Notes under the pieces: generated by a model | The model's database searches: none | Told to the model about the DNA's origin: nothing | Seen by the model: the letters and a program-made list of their open reading frames with translations, nothing else | From: the human T2T-CHM13v2.0 reference genome, Homo sapiens | Assembly: GCF_009914755.1 (NCBI RefSeq) | Contig: NC_060934.1 | Reading direction: 5' to 3' (one strand) | Length of the DNA stretch: 64,000 bases | Shown: positions 28,351 to 43,262 of the stretch, one piece after another | How positions within the stretch are numbered: position 1 is the stretch's first letter | Layout of the letters: every line of letters begins with the position of its first letter | Program-made: the position numbers and the translations under genes

Positions 28351-28811
28351 CTCTAGAGGATTAAATGGATTCAAATATGCAAAGTACTCAGAACAGTACC
28401 TGCTGCAGTCAGTATTATTCCCAGCTCATGACATTCAAATGCAAAGTTCTAAAAAAGTTCTAAAGAAACAGAGTGCAGACCAAACAACATATTTCTATGG
28501 GCCAAATTCAGTTCGGGGACTGCCAGTTTGCAATGCTTGAACTAAAACCAGAGAACTTTGTCAAGCCTCCCACTCAGAATTTGCTTCTAAGTGTGCTTCC
28601 TCTGGCTTTAGTGGAACCTTGGACCTTGATCCCACATCTTCCTCCTCCTCCTCCTCCTTCTCACATCTCCATTTGAAGATTCTTGAAAACCAAGAGTCTG
28701 AGAAACCATTGGCTGTTTCCGTGTATTGGTTTCACAAAGCTTTTTGTTTTTTTTCTTTACCTATGCTGTGTCTTCAAGGAATGATCATTTGTGCTTTTTT
28801 AAGTTTAATTG

Positions 28812-29045
28812 CTGAGGTCAGGAGTTCGAGACCAGCCTGGCCAACATGGTGAAAACCTGTCTGTACTAAAACTACAAATATTAGCCAGGCATGGAGATGC
28901 CTGTAATCCCAGCTAGTAGGGAGGGTGAGGCAGGAGAATCACTTGAATCTGGGAATGGAGGTTGCAGTGAGCCGAGATTGTGCCAATGCACTCCAGCCTA
29001 GGTAACAGTGGGAGACTATCTCAAACAACAACAACAACAACAACA
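28812..29045 (+). mobile_element. 5'-truncated AluS with (CAA)n tail
   Basis: Starts at ctgaggtcaggagttcgagaccagcc. Confidence 0.9.
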
Positions 29046-29732
29046 AATACATTGTCATAATTGATCAAATAGACCTGAATTTTAAAAAGCATGTTTATAA
29101 AATTCATTCATTCATTCAAAACACATATACTGTGACAGGCACCAAAAATGTAGAGATGAAGAGATATGATTCCAACCTTCCAGGAGTGAAGAGTCTGGTG
29201 TCATATAGATACCCTTTCAGTCTGAATTCAGGAGAACATTTGAGGATGGCTAAATTAATAGCCAGTAGTTATTAACCACTGTCTGTTTCAAATGAAGGAA
29301 GCACAACTCAGTCAGGTAGCACTGGAATTAGAGGTTAAAACATCCTTGGGATCGTTGGGACTCTGTCTTCTGTGTTTCTCAAGCCTGCTTGGTTTCCCTT
29401 TGCTTCATTCTCAGTGGTGAATACTTGTTCTCTAAGTGGTGGCAAGATGGGCTCCAGCAGCTACTGGTGTCCATGCTCCTTCAAGCTTGTGAACCCAGAG
29501 TCCCTCCATCACCACATTTCCAGTCTCTTGGTGGGACCTGGATTTGGACCTGTTTTATATGTGTGTCTGCTTCTTGCACCAATCCCTGTATTGGGTGCCA
29601 TGACTATTTTCATGCGAGGTCTGGGTCGTGTGTCCATTTTCATGACCCCACCTAAGGAATGAATTTATGTATACAAATTCACAGATGCCTGCCTCGAGCA
29701 CTTTCCATTAATGAGTAGAAAGATACATTTAA

Positions 29733-30008
29733 GGGAGGCTGAGGTAGGTGGATGGCTTGAGTCCAGGAGTTTGAGACTAGCCTGGGCAATGTGGTAAAAC
29801 ACCACCTCTACCAAAAAAAGAAAAAAAAAAACAACAAAAGTTAGCCAGACATGGTGGCACATGCCCATAGTCCCAGCTACTGGGGGTGCTGAGGTGGGAG
29901 GATTGCTTGAGTCCTGGGAAGTCAAAGGTACAGTGAGCCAAGATTGTGCCACTGCACTCTAGCCTAGGCCACAAAATGAAACCCTGTCTCACAAAACAAA
30001 ACAAAACA
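29733..30008 (+). mobile_element. 5'-truncated AluJ
   Basis: TSD aaagatacatttaa at 29719-29732 and 30009-30022. Confidence 0.92.
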
Positions 30009-30149
30009 AAAGATACATTTAAAAACTTGAGGATGCAGTGTTTTTCCAAAATCTCCATGCTAATTTAAAAGTATACTTCCTCAAGTTTACCCACTGGTCT
30101 TCAATTCTATAGAACTTGTTCTAGATAAAGTTAATGGTAATCAGGAGGC

Positions 30150-30256
30150 TTTTTTTGTTTTTGTTTTTGTTTTTGTTTGTTTGTTTTGAGACAGCCTTTT
30201 TCTGATGCCGAGGCTAGAGTGCAATGGCGTGATCTCGGCTCACTGCAACCTCCGCC
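30150..30256 (-). mobile_element. Heavily 5'-truncated AluS (3' ~70 nt plus tail)
   Basis: ttttgagac...gagtgcaatggcgtgatctcggctcactgcaacctccgcc; flanked by tcaNgaggc-T(n). Confidence 0.88.
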
Positions 30257-30265
30257 TCACGAGGC

Positions 30266-30643
30266 TTTTTTTTTTTTTTTAAATTATACTTTAAGTTCTA
30301 GGGTACCTGTGCACAATGTGCAGGTTTTTTACATATGTATGCATGTGCCAATGTTGGTGTGCTGCACCCGTTAACTCGTCATTTACATTAAGTATATCTC
30401 CTAATGCTATGCCTCCCCCCACCTCCACCCCACGACAGGCCCCGGTGTGTGATGTTCCCCACCCTGTGTCCAAGTGTTCTCATTGTTCAGTTCCCACCTA
30501 TGAGTGACAACATGTGGTGTTTGGTTTTCTGTCCTTGCGATAGTTTGCTCAGAATGATGGTTTCCAGCTTCATCCGTGTCCTGACAAAGGACATGAACTC
30601 ATCCTTTTTTTATGGCTGCATAGTATTCCATGGTGTATATATG
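30266..30643 (-). mobile_element. 5'-truncated L1PA (L1PA5/6-like) 3'UTR
   Basis: ttatactttaagttctagggtac...ttaactcgtcatttacatt...; flanked by tcaNgaggc-T(n). Confidence 0.93.
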
Positions 30644-30711
30644 TCATGAGGCATTTTTTTAAGGTGCTAGCATGGTGACATGAAAGCCAGGGTCTGCCAT
30701 GAGCTCTAGTA

Positions 30712-31230
30712 CTGGGTTCTCCAACCCTTGGGTCACGGACTGGTATCAGTCCATTTGTTGTTAGAAACTGGGCTGCAGAGCAGGAGGTGAGCAGCAGGCG
30801 AGCAAATGAAGCTTCATCTGTATTTACAGCCACTCCCCATCATTTGCCTGAGCTCCACCTCCTGTCAGATTAGTAGTGCATTAGATTCTCATAGGAGTGC
30901 GAACGCTATTGTGAATGGTGCATGCGAGGGATCTAGGTTGTACAATCCTTATAAGAATCTAATGCCTGATGATCTGTCACTGTCTCTCATCACCCCCAGA
31001 TGGGACCATCTAGTTGCAGAGAAACAAGCTCAGGGTTCCCACTGGTTCTACATTATGGTGAGTTGTATAATTATTTCATTATATATTATAATGTAACAAT
31101 AATAGAAATCTAGTGTATAATAAATGTAATGCGCTTAAATCATCCCAAAGCCATCCCACCCCCACCCCATTATGGAAAAACTGTCTTCCACAAAACTGGT
31201 CTCTGGTGCCAAAAAGGTTGGGGATTCTTG
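30712..31230 (+). mobile_element. MER1A hAT DNA transposon
   Basis: ccaacccttgggtcacggactggta...gaagcttcatctgtatttacagcc...aaactggtctctggtgccaaaaaggttgggga; ~520 bp. Confidence 0.9.
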
Positions 31231-31559
31231 CTGGGGTAGCCCAGCCTTTGAGGTGAGGTCAACTCATGGACTGGATCTCTGGATTGGTTTTCCCATACCG
31301 CTGGACTCACTCACTCATTGAGATGGGCCCATTGTGCGATAACAATGACCACATGTTGAGCATAATCTGATAGGAGAGTAGTAGGTAATTTCATGAGATT
31401 TGTGTTTTCACCAACCATTGTGATACAAAGTCTGTGATACTTATATTGTCATAAAGCAAATATGACTATCATTCACATTTTATGTAGCTTTTCTCATGTA
31501 TTATCATATTTCACATTCAATCATATTTGAGACAGTTAGAAAAATGAAAATGGTTTTAG

Positions 31560-31730
31560 AGTTTTTATTCTAACTATAAAAATGATAAGTGCTCATTGTA
31601 AATGATTCAAAAAATATAGAGAAGTATAAAAAAGAAAAAAAAGCGCTCCAAATTCTGTCATCCAGGGATAAATACTGTTAACATTTTGATGAATATCTTG
31701 GATATTTTTCTATGCCTATATATCTGTCAA
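31560..31730 (-). mobile_element. L1ME-type 3' end fragment
   Basis: gctcattgtaaa..ttcaaaaaatatagagaagtataaa...cagggataaatactgttaacattttg. Confidence 0.55.
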
Positions 31731-31800
31731 AAAAAAAAAAACAAGAATGAATGCTGCCTTTGCCCCAGCGCCTTTGGAGTCTTTTAAAATTCTCACATGA

Positions 31801-32098
31801 GGCTGGGTGGGGTGGCTGACGCCTATAACCCCAGCACTTTGGGAGGCCGAGGCAGGTGGATCACCTGAGGTCAGGAGTTCGAGATCAGCCTGGCCAGCAT
31901 GGCAAAACCCCTGTCGCTACTAAAAATACAAAAATTAGTCAGACATGGTGGCGCACAGCTGTAGTCCCAGCTACTTAGGAGGCTGAGGCAGGAGAATCCC
32001 TTGAACCCAGGAGGCAGAGGTTGCAGTTAGCCAAGATCGCACCATTGCACTCCAGCCTGGGCAACAGAGTGAGACTCTGCCTCAAAAAAAAAAAAAAA
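31801..32098 (+). mobile_element. AluSx-like
   Basis: Dimer with poly(A); TSD aaaattctcacatg. Confidence 0.95.
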
Positions 32099-32855
32099 AA
32101 AATTCTCACATGGCCTGTTGAACATTTTCCATATTGACCTAATGAAATAATGAAAACGTATTTTTCTATGACTTATCTATCTGCATATTTTTCCCTTTAA
32201 AAACTGCTGTTGGATTTACTTATCAGTCTGGTTTTTGAATTTCTTAATTTCTGTTTTTTTCTACATTAAGCCCTTCTTTTTCTTTAGGCTTTTGTGGTTC
32301 TTTTTCTAACATCTTGATTAAATTCTTAGTTATACATCATGGGAATGTAAATCGAATCCTGTTTTCTGACCCTCCTTTTACCACCAAAAGAAACTCCAGA
32401 GTTTATACTAAATAAACAGCTTTCTGTTTTGTTAACTCTTATCTTGGCGTAAAAAGACAATGGGAGAAGCTGGAGACCTTTCCACACAGCGGCTGTCACA
32501 GATGGTATTGCCATTTACTTTTGTTTTGGAAGCTAGAGGCAAATAACCATAGCATCTGGGATGAGATCAGTTAAACTTCTGGAGGGAAGAAGAGAATTAG
32601 AGGTTTTTTTTGCTATATGAAGATATAACAGTCCATTCTAAATGTCTTCACTGAAGGAAATGTTACTCTCTGCATAAACCCAGGGGTTTGGGCTCACCCA
32701 GCAGGCTTAGCATTTAGTATGGATTGGGGACCAAAGGGCCTGAGTTTGGTGATTTCTCTGACCTATTAAAACAAGAAGTTTCTGGGAATCACATTTCCCC
32801 TGTTGATTTACTTAGTGTGGCCAGCCTACTTAAACTTCGGTCTCACAATCCCCAG

Positions 32856-33229
32856 GGATATGGTTTGGCTGTGTCCCCACCCAAATTTCATCTTGAATTG
32901 TAGTTCCCATAATCCTCATCTGTCATGCAAGGGACCTGGTGGGAGGTAATTGAATCATGGGGGTGGTTACCCTCATGCTGTTCTCATGATAGTGAGTGAG
33001 TTCTCACAAGATCTGATGGTTTCATAGGGGGCCTTTCCCCCTTAGAGGGGCACTTCTCTCTCCTGTCGCCATGTGAAGAAGGATGTGTTTGCTTCCCCTT
33101 CTGCCATGATTGTAAATTTCCTGAGGCCTCTCCAACCATGCGGAACTGTGAGTCAATTAAACCTCTTTTCTTTATAAATTACCCAGATTCAGGCAGTTCT
33201 TTATAGCAGTGTGAGAATGGACTAATACA
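32856..33229 (+). mobile_element. THE1 (C/D-like) MaLR solo LTR
   Basis: gatatggtttggctgtgtccccacccaaat...aatggactaataca; 5-bp TSD cccag at 32851-32855 and 33230-33234. Confidence 0.95.
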
Positions 33230-34589
33230 CCCAGCATAAAATCTGCCCTTCTAGGACAAACAAAAACTCAGGCTCTAAAGTAAAATAGAATTTATGCTCA
33301 GCCATTTATGCTGTGACCTTGGCCAAAACTCCTACCTCTTTGAGCCTTAGTTTCTTCTCCCAGGATGTAACAATAATGTAAGAATTAAGTTGCTTAATGA
33401 GTGTAATATTAGAGTGATTTTAAAAATATTTAGTGGGGTCATTGACCAGTCAGAAGAGGCACAGATCATAACATTGGAGGGAGTACTCAGAGGCTCCTTT
33501 CCGTGCTTTCAGTTCCTCAGGGCAGGGGACACAAGGGGTTCTAGTAAAGGAGCTCAGATGACCAGGGCACTAGGGGCTCCCTAAAGATGCTCAGGGCTTC
33601 AATTATTTGCTAATGTGTATGACAGCATTTCGATATTTTAATAGTCAGCATTTTGGTTTGGAGGAAAGGGCATAGCACAGTGTCTGGCACATAGTAAGTA
33701 CTCAATAAATGTAAGTTACAGTTCCTGTTATTATTTTAAAAGTTGAATATTATTTTTATTGTTTTGATGATGACTGTATGTATTCCCACCCATACGCTTT
33801 TGCTTTCACTGTTATGTGCCTGAAGTATATGGGTATAAATAAGAAATGCAGTCCAGCACAGCTGCTTTTTGTCGGTGGTATGTCCTATGCAGTTTTATGT
33901 TTCTATCATGATCCTCCTTAACCTTATTTTAGCTCTTGCCCTAAGGATCACTTTCCTCCTTGACAAGTATCATGTTTATCAATCCATGAGCATGATTCAG
34001 TATCTCTGATGTCCTCAGCACTGTTAGCTTGCTCAGTCTGGGCCCTAAAACACCTCTTTGATGGCTTTCCTCATTTGTTCCAAAGCCTTCAATGAATTCC
34101 TTATCCTAATTTCCAACCCCATCTTCTGGTTCTCTTTTCCACACTCCATGTTCCAGACTAATGCGACTATTTGTCACTCTTCCCCAAGCACACTAGGTAA
34201 GTTCCTTTCTGCCTTCTATTTTGTCCATATGGCATATCCTCCCCTCTGTCTTCACCAGCCTTGCTGCCCCATGTTTCCTGAGAATGCCATTAGAATTTCT
34301 GATCTTTGCTCATGCTGGACCCTCTGTAGAATACTTTTCTCCCTTGCCTCTGTGTTTATTTCTTCCCTTCCTATGACTACCCCTAGCCTTGTGACTACAT
34401 CCTCCATATAATTTTCCTGGCTCTTGTGATTTGCATTGTTAATTTGATACCTTACATTGCCTTGTGTATAGTTTTGCATCTTTAAAAATTTATGTTCTAT
34501 ATAATTGCAGCAATTGGATCAGAGGCTCCTGGGGGAAGTTTTGTATCTATACATTCAAGCATCCAGAGTAAGTAGTCAGTAAATATTTG

Positions 34590-35560
34590 TGGATGGTAAT
34601 GATGATGAGGCCACTGCTAGTTCTGATTAGGGGTATTACATATCCAGTGCAAGAAGGCAGGGGAGATTTTGGAGTGATGGACAGAATGGATAAGATGAAA
34701 AGAATGTGGAGAGCAAGGAGGCCAGTGAAGATTCTGTGGAAGTAATTTATGCCAGGATGAAGATAATAGCAGTGGGAATGGGGAGGATAGAATAAATCTG
34801 AGAGATATCTAAAGAACACCAGGATTACAGGGCAGATTTAGTCCAAGAATGACAGAGTAGAGCCAGAAATAAGTTTTGAGGTCTCTTATCTGTAGAGAAT
34901 CAAAAGAATGGTAGATAACTGAGGAGAATGTAGATGCAGAGACGGTTTTGCTTTGCACATATTGAATTTGAGAGGACTCATGATCACATAAGAGGTGAAG
35001 ATATAGAGGTAAGAGTTGTAAAGATAAGGTCATTAAGGGAAAGAATCAATAGAAGGACTATGAAAAAAGAAAGATAAAGCTGGGTATGGTGGCTTACGCC
35101 TGTAATCCCAGCACTTTGGGAGGCTGAGGTGGGAGGATCGCTTGAGCTCAGGGGTTTGAGACAGCCTGGGAAACACAGTGAAACCCCATCCCTACTAAAA
35201 GCACAAAAATTAGCTGGGTGTGGTGGCATGCTCCTTTAGTCCCAGCTACTCTGAAGGCTGAGGCAGGAAGATTGCTTGAGTCTGGGAAGCAGAAATTGTG
35301 GTGAGCTGTGATCACACCACTGCACTCCAGCCTGGGCAACAGAGTGAGACCCTATTTTTCTGTCTCAAAAAAAAAATGGATCAACCATTTGAACCAAGGA
35401 TCAACCCATAGACTGGTCACCGAGTAGAGAGAAAGCTGGGAAAAGACAAAAGAAGATGCTAAATATAGACAGCACAATATCACGGAACCAATAGAAGTTA
35501 GAGTTTGAAGACTGAGTAGTCAGGCTCTGTTAGTACTTGGGGAGAGTGAATGATATTGGG
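34590..35560 (-). mobile_element. L2 fragment interrupted by Alu
   Basis: Purine-rich L2 antisense pattern (agcaaggaggccagtgaag...ccaggatgaagataatagcagtggg...ttgcacatattgaatttgag). Confidence 0.6.
35078..35376 (+). mobile_element. AluJ (Jb-like)
   Basis: Dimer; ggaggatcgcttgagctcagg. Confidence 0.92.
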
Positions 35561-36234
35561 GTGAGAAAACAGAACAGAGCCTGTTCTGAGCCCCATCTCA
35601 GGACCCTTAAATTAATCAAGTCTGAATTAGAGTGAACACCTGATAAATGATGGTTTTCCTTTGGAAAGCATGTTTACTAATAGGAAATAAGTTCCTGTAA
35701 TTAAGTGTTCTCAGAATTTTGAAGTTGCACAGCATCTATAGAATGCATTCTCAGAAGACCTAGACTGAGATTCAATTTAGTAAATTTGGTTACATGGAAA
35801 TTAAATGAGCACTATTCAAAGGATTTTCCAGACCTTTTTTTGATGCTACTTTTAGTTTTCTTCACCAAGGTCCTCACAGAAAAGGTCATTTGGACCTTGA
35901 AAGTGAAGAGCTTGGTAGTCATTGACCAAAAATAAAACCCAGACACCCTGGTGAATTATGCATGCTGAGAAAGCTAACTTCGCCATATTTTACAATACAC
36001 ATCGCACTCCTATTGCATTTTGAGAATAATGCTAGACCCTGTAGGGAGTACAGAGAATGAAAATGACTTCCCTGGTTTCAAGAAATTCTTTTAGTAGAAG
36101 CTTCTGATTTAGAATCAAAGAGGACTAAGATTAAACATTTCATTATCTTTTGAAACTCTGGAAGACAGATCTTTGGACATACCATGATTCCAACAACGTA
36201 GCACAGAGCAGACGAGTTTGTATTAATGAGGTGG

Positions 36235-36455
36235 CGAAGAGTAGTCATTATGGACTGGGCTCTGCACACCCCAGTTTGAATCAAGATCCATTGCTTACTA
36301 GTTTCATGAAACTAGGCATGTAGTAGTTCAACTTATTTTGAGCCTGTTTATCTGTACAATGGGCCCAATAATGGTATAATCCTTGTGATGACTGAATGAG
36401 ATCATCTATGTTAAGTGCTAACTACAGAGCTCAGTGAATTTAGTGTCATCATTAT
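36235..36455 (+). mobile_element. MIR
   Basis: gactgggctctg...gtttgaatc...ttttgagcctgtttatctgtacaatggg...gactgaatgagat. Confidence 0.7.
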
Positions 36456-36562
36456 AGTCAAGAAAGAATCAATGACATAAACCTGCTGGTAGTTCCTGGG
36501 GTCAGAAACTCATTGATGCAACGTTATTTAATTGTTCTTTGAGTTCCTCCATTACTAGCTAT

Positions 36563-36751
36563 CAGGAATGCCAGATTTAGCAAATAAAAATACAGGATAC
36601 CCAGTTAAATTTGAATTTCAGGTAAGCAATCAATATTTTTTAGTGTAAATATTCCTAAATATTGCATGGGACATACTTATACTAAAACATTTTGTTGCTT
36701 TTCTGAAATTGAAATTCAGCTGGGAATTCTGTATTTTGTCTGGCAACCCTA
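36563..36751. mobile_element. MER53 palindromic hAT MITE inserted in a MIR
   Basis: tgccagatttagcaaataaaaatacagga.cccagttaaatttgaatttcag ... ctgaaattgaaattcagctggg..ctgtattttgtctggcaacccta; quasi-palindromic over ~190 bp. Confidence 0.9.
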
Positions 36752-37523
36752 ATAGCCTAGTAGCTGTGTGACCTTAGGCAAGTTACTTAATTTTTCTGTG
36801 CCTCACTTTCTTCATATGTTAAATGGGTTATTGAAAATACTTGGAACCATGATTGGATCTGCTCTACGTATTATAATAATTGTTACCATTCAGTTGGGGC
36901 TGTGTCTGGTTAATGTGAGTTGCTGGTGGTAATTCATGTCTATTATGATTCAAGAGAAATTTTAAAAATTATGTTTCACTGTTATTGCATTTAGCATTTC
37001 ATTTGAAATTGTCTTTAAAAATGCAACCTCAAACTAAAATAAAAAGAGACTCCATTCTTATAATAGCTCCTTTTGGCTTTAATGGTTTTTACTCTCCCAT
37101 AAATTCTTATGACAGGATTGATAACCATCAAGGAAAATTCAATCCTGACTCTGTATTTCTGCAATTTTCCTTACTGGAGCAGTGCTGAGCTGGAGATGAA
37201 ACTGAAATGAAATTGCCATTTCCTCCTTTGTCTGAAGAGTTTTTTTATTACTTTCAAACCAGTTCAAAACTGTTTCTCAAATATAGGTGTTTGGCACCGA
37301 GAATGTTTTAGATGAGGGACTATGAATCTGAGGTGTAATTGCAGCTCTGACAGGGGAGATGTTTCTGTATTAATTTAACCCATACACTGTATTTCAAATT
37401 TGTCAGAGGTTAGTATTTGCCATCATTGTTTCCCCCATCAGATTCTTTACTAAAGTTATTGACTTTACAAGTCTTCAGTCTGAGAAAGTAGCTCAACTAA
37501 AATTATGTCTCCTTCACTTGAAG

Positions 37524-37868
37524 TGTCTAACTATGTTTTGTGCAGCTATAACAATACCATACACTGGGTAATTTATAATGAACATAAATGTTTGGGCTCA
37601 CAATTCTGGAGGCTGTGAAGTTCCATATTAGGGCCCTTCTTGTTGTCACATGGTGGAAGGTAGGAGGAGAGACAGAGAGAGAGCAAAAGGGGGTGGAACT
37701 CACTTGTTGATAACAAATTTACTTTCTTAATAATGAACCCACTCCCACAATAAGGGAATTAATCCATTTCTCATGGCCCAATCACCTCTCAAAGGTCCCA
37801 CCTCCTAAATGTTATAATGGCAATCAAATTTCAACATGAGTTTTGGAAGGGACATTCAAACCATAGCA
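37524..37868 (-). mobile_element. MST-type MaLR solo LTR
   Basis: actgggtaatttataatgaac...aaatttcaacatgagttttgg..cattcaaaccatagca; 5-bp TSD tgaag. Confidence 0.88.
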
Positions 37869-38497
37869 TGAAGTATCTCTCCAACTCCTCATCCTCACAA
37901 AATGACACCAAAGTTTTATGTATCTTTTCAAATTCAAGTTCCACTTCCTGATGCCCTCTCAGAGTACTGCCAGAATTAATCTTTATAAGAACATTTATCA
38001 TCCTCTGTCTTCAGATGCTGGTGTGAGGGAGGCAAATACAATCTGTAACTCATTTTTAAATTCCTCATGATGCTTTCATTGCAGATAGTAGACAGCTCAA
38101 TAGAAATTTGTGGCATCGAGCTGAAAAGATCTGAGCACTCGATAGGACTTCAGTGTCACTACACACAATGCGTACTTTAACAATATTTAAAAACATTCAC
38201 CTTTGCAAACCAACCTGAGTTGCTTTCCCTAAAATAGATGAAATTCAAATATGAAAAAATAGACATTAGAAAATGTTCATCAGCATTATAATGTTTAGAT
38301 TTTCAATTTCCATTGATAAAGTAGGTTGGATGAGGCATGAAGAATTCACAGTGGACATAGGAAATAAGTAGTGTGATGGAAATTATCTGTGTTAGACAGA
38401 GAATTCCATTTTCCCCCCAAGAAGGGAAGGATGTTATCTATAGTGTGGATAAGGGCTGGTCTTAAGACTTCAAACCAATATTAAAAGGTTGGCTTTT

Positions 38498-38815
<318 letters not shown>

Positions 38816-38820
38816 TCAGC

Positions 38821-39275
38821 TGTGTTGGTTGTTCTCTTATTTCCCCCCTTGCTTTGTCTCTTCCATCCATTCTCTGCTCTGCCTGCTCTGTGCCCAAGAA
38901 GCTGATCTTTTCTTACCATGTCTTCCTTGTTTACCTGCTGGCTGTCTTCCAGGTGGGTTTGGCCAACAGCAGGACAGGAGAAAGATGTTGGGATGTTGTT
39001 TCCCTGTTTTTACCCTACATCACTGGCAACAGCTGGGTCCCTCAACAGTGATGGCATCTGCTGGGTGCCTTCTCCATAGCTGGTTCAGCTCTCCCAAGTC
39101 TTATGGGTGGTGACAGTTTCTCACTATTTCTAGCCTGTGGTGGCTTACCATCCCTTGTTTCCTAAATCCTGCTCTCACCTCAATGACAAGTCCTTTTATT
39201 AATCTTTCGCTTTTTTAAATTTAAAACATCTGGAGTAAATTTTTGTTGTTGCCAAGATGTCAATGGTCACAGCAT
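38821..39275 (+). mobile_element. LTR33-like ERVL LTR
   Basis: cctgctctgtgcccaagaagctga...gggtttggccaa...cctgctctcacct..agtccttttattaa. Confidence 0.7.
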
Positions 39276-39644
39276 CCAAAGCAAAGACTTAAAAAGTTAA
39301 AGCCTTCTAAGCAAAGGCTTAAAATCTTCGCTTAATAAGCCTTCCTAAGATACCTACAATGCTCTAAACCCTGCCTTAGGAGCTAGTGACAGAGGCAGTA
39401 CAGAGAAGAAAAACGCCTGTTCTCTGCTCTTAAGTTAAACACAGGCTAGTGCTGTAGTCTCTAAAGAGATCTTTAGATACTGGGAAGAAACTGTCTATAT
39501 ACAATAAAGTAAATAAGTTTATTATATGTATTAATAATAATCTGTAGAACAGAGAACAATTCTGACAGGTTGTGGGTAGTTCCCCAGCACAGAGGTGTTG
39601 AGAGCATGGTGTCTTCATTTTCATTTGCTTTTTTTTAAAAAAAA

Positions 39645-40560
39645 TTTTTTTTAAAATTTTACTTTAATTTTATTTTAAGTTCTGGGATACATGTGCAGAA
39701 TGTGCTGGTTTATTACATAGGTATACACGTGCCATTGTGGTTTGCTGCACCCATCAACCTGTCATCTACATTAGGTATTTCTCCTAATGCTATCCCTCCC
39801 CAACCCCCACTCCCCGGCAACAGGCCCCAGTGTGTGATGTTCCCTTCCCTGTGTGTGTCCATGTGTTCTCATTGTTCAACCCCCATTTATGAGTGAGAAC
39901 ATGCGGTGTTTGGTTTTCTGTTCCTGTGTTAGTTTGCTGAGAATGATGGTTTCCAGCTTCATCCATGTCCCTGCAAAGGACATGAACTCATCCATTTTAT
40001 GGCTGCATAGTGTTCCATGTTGTATATGTGCCACATTTTCTTTATCCAGTCTATCATTGATGGGCATTTGGGTTGGTTCCAAGTCTTTGCTATTGTGAAC
40101 AGTGCTGCAATAAACATACACGTGCATGTGTCTTTATAGCAGCATGATTTATAATCCTTTGGGTATATACCCAGTAATGAGATTGCTGGGTCAAATGGTA
40201 TTTCTGGTTCTAGATCCTTGAGGAATCGCCACACTGTCTTCCACAATGGTTGAACTAATTTACACTCCCACCAACAGTGTAAAAGTGTTCCTATTTCTCC
40301 ACATCCTCTCCAGCATCTGTTGTTTCCTGACTCTTTAAAGGTTGCCATTCTAACTGGCATGAGATGGTATCTCATTGTGGTTTTGATTTGCATTTCTCTA
40401 ATGACTAAGGATGATGAGCTTTTTTCCATATGCATAAATGTCTTCTTTTGAGAAGTGTCTGTTCATATCCTTCGCCCACTTTTTGATGGAGTTGTTTGCT
40501 TTTTTCTTGTAAATTTGTTTAAGTTCCTTGTAGATTCTCGATATTAGCCCTTTGTCAGAT
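39645..40560 (-). mobile_element. 5'-truncated L1PA (L1PA7/8-like)
   Basis: ttaagttctgggatacatgtgcagaa...catcaacctgtcatctacattagg; ORF 39959-40435 is the ORF2p C-terminus ([18 protein letters not shown]). Confidence 0.95.
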
Positions 40561-41026
40561 TTTGGAATATGGTACCTAATTGCATTATTTTTTTTGTTGG
40601 CTACAAATCATCAAAAGGGTTAGCATTATAAAAACAATATCTTTAAATGTAATGAGGTAAGGAGTGACTTTGAACACTTTTTCTAAGATAGATTTTTTTT
40701 TTTGTTATAACAACTTAAAATAAAAACTTAAGATTAAAAATGAACCTTAATGATATTGGGCATTTTTCTTTTATGAAGGAGACAAATGCTCCAAATTTGC
40801 TTCTTTTTATTGAAAGAAGACAAGTGTTTATCAAGTACACTCTTTTCAGAAGATTAAAAAAATTAAACATGCTTAATTAATCTGTACCTTCAAGTTAAAA
40901 GTTATTCTAAATAATTAGAAAATAACTGCTTTGTAAAACAAAACAAAAACAAAAGCAACCCCCCTGCCCCCACAAACTCATGTTACAAAAAGAGCATTTT
41001 GAAAAAGGATATTTAAAAATGTTTTC

Positions 41027-43185
<2,159 letters not shown>

Positions 43186-43262
43186 TTAAAAAACTGTTTT
43201 TGAAAGTATGTACTTTTATTCAACTCACTGGTAAACACTGTTGATACTATAAAATAAAATAA

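Noticed and set aside
29200-29720. Probable old MLT1 LTR and other faint L1ME/L2/MER relics (also ~25780-26090, 33990-34580, 53180-53600, 57430-58600)
   Set aside because: Too diverged to assign family or boundaries reliably by eye
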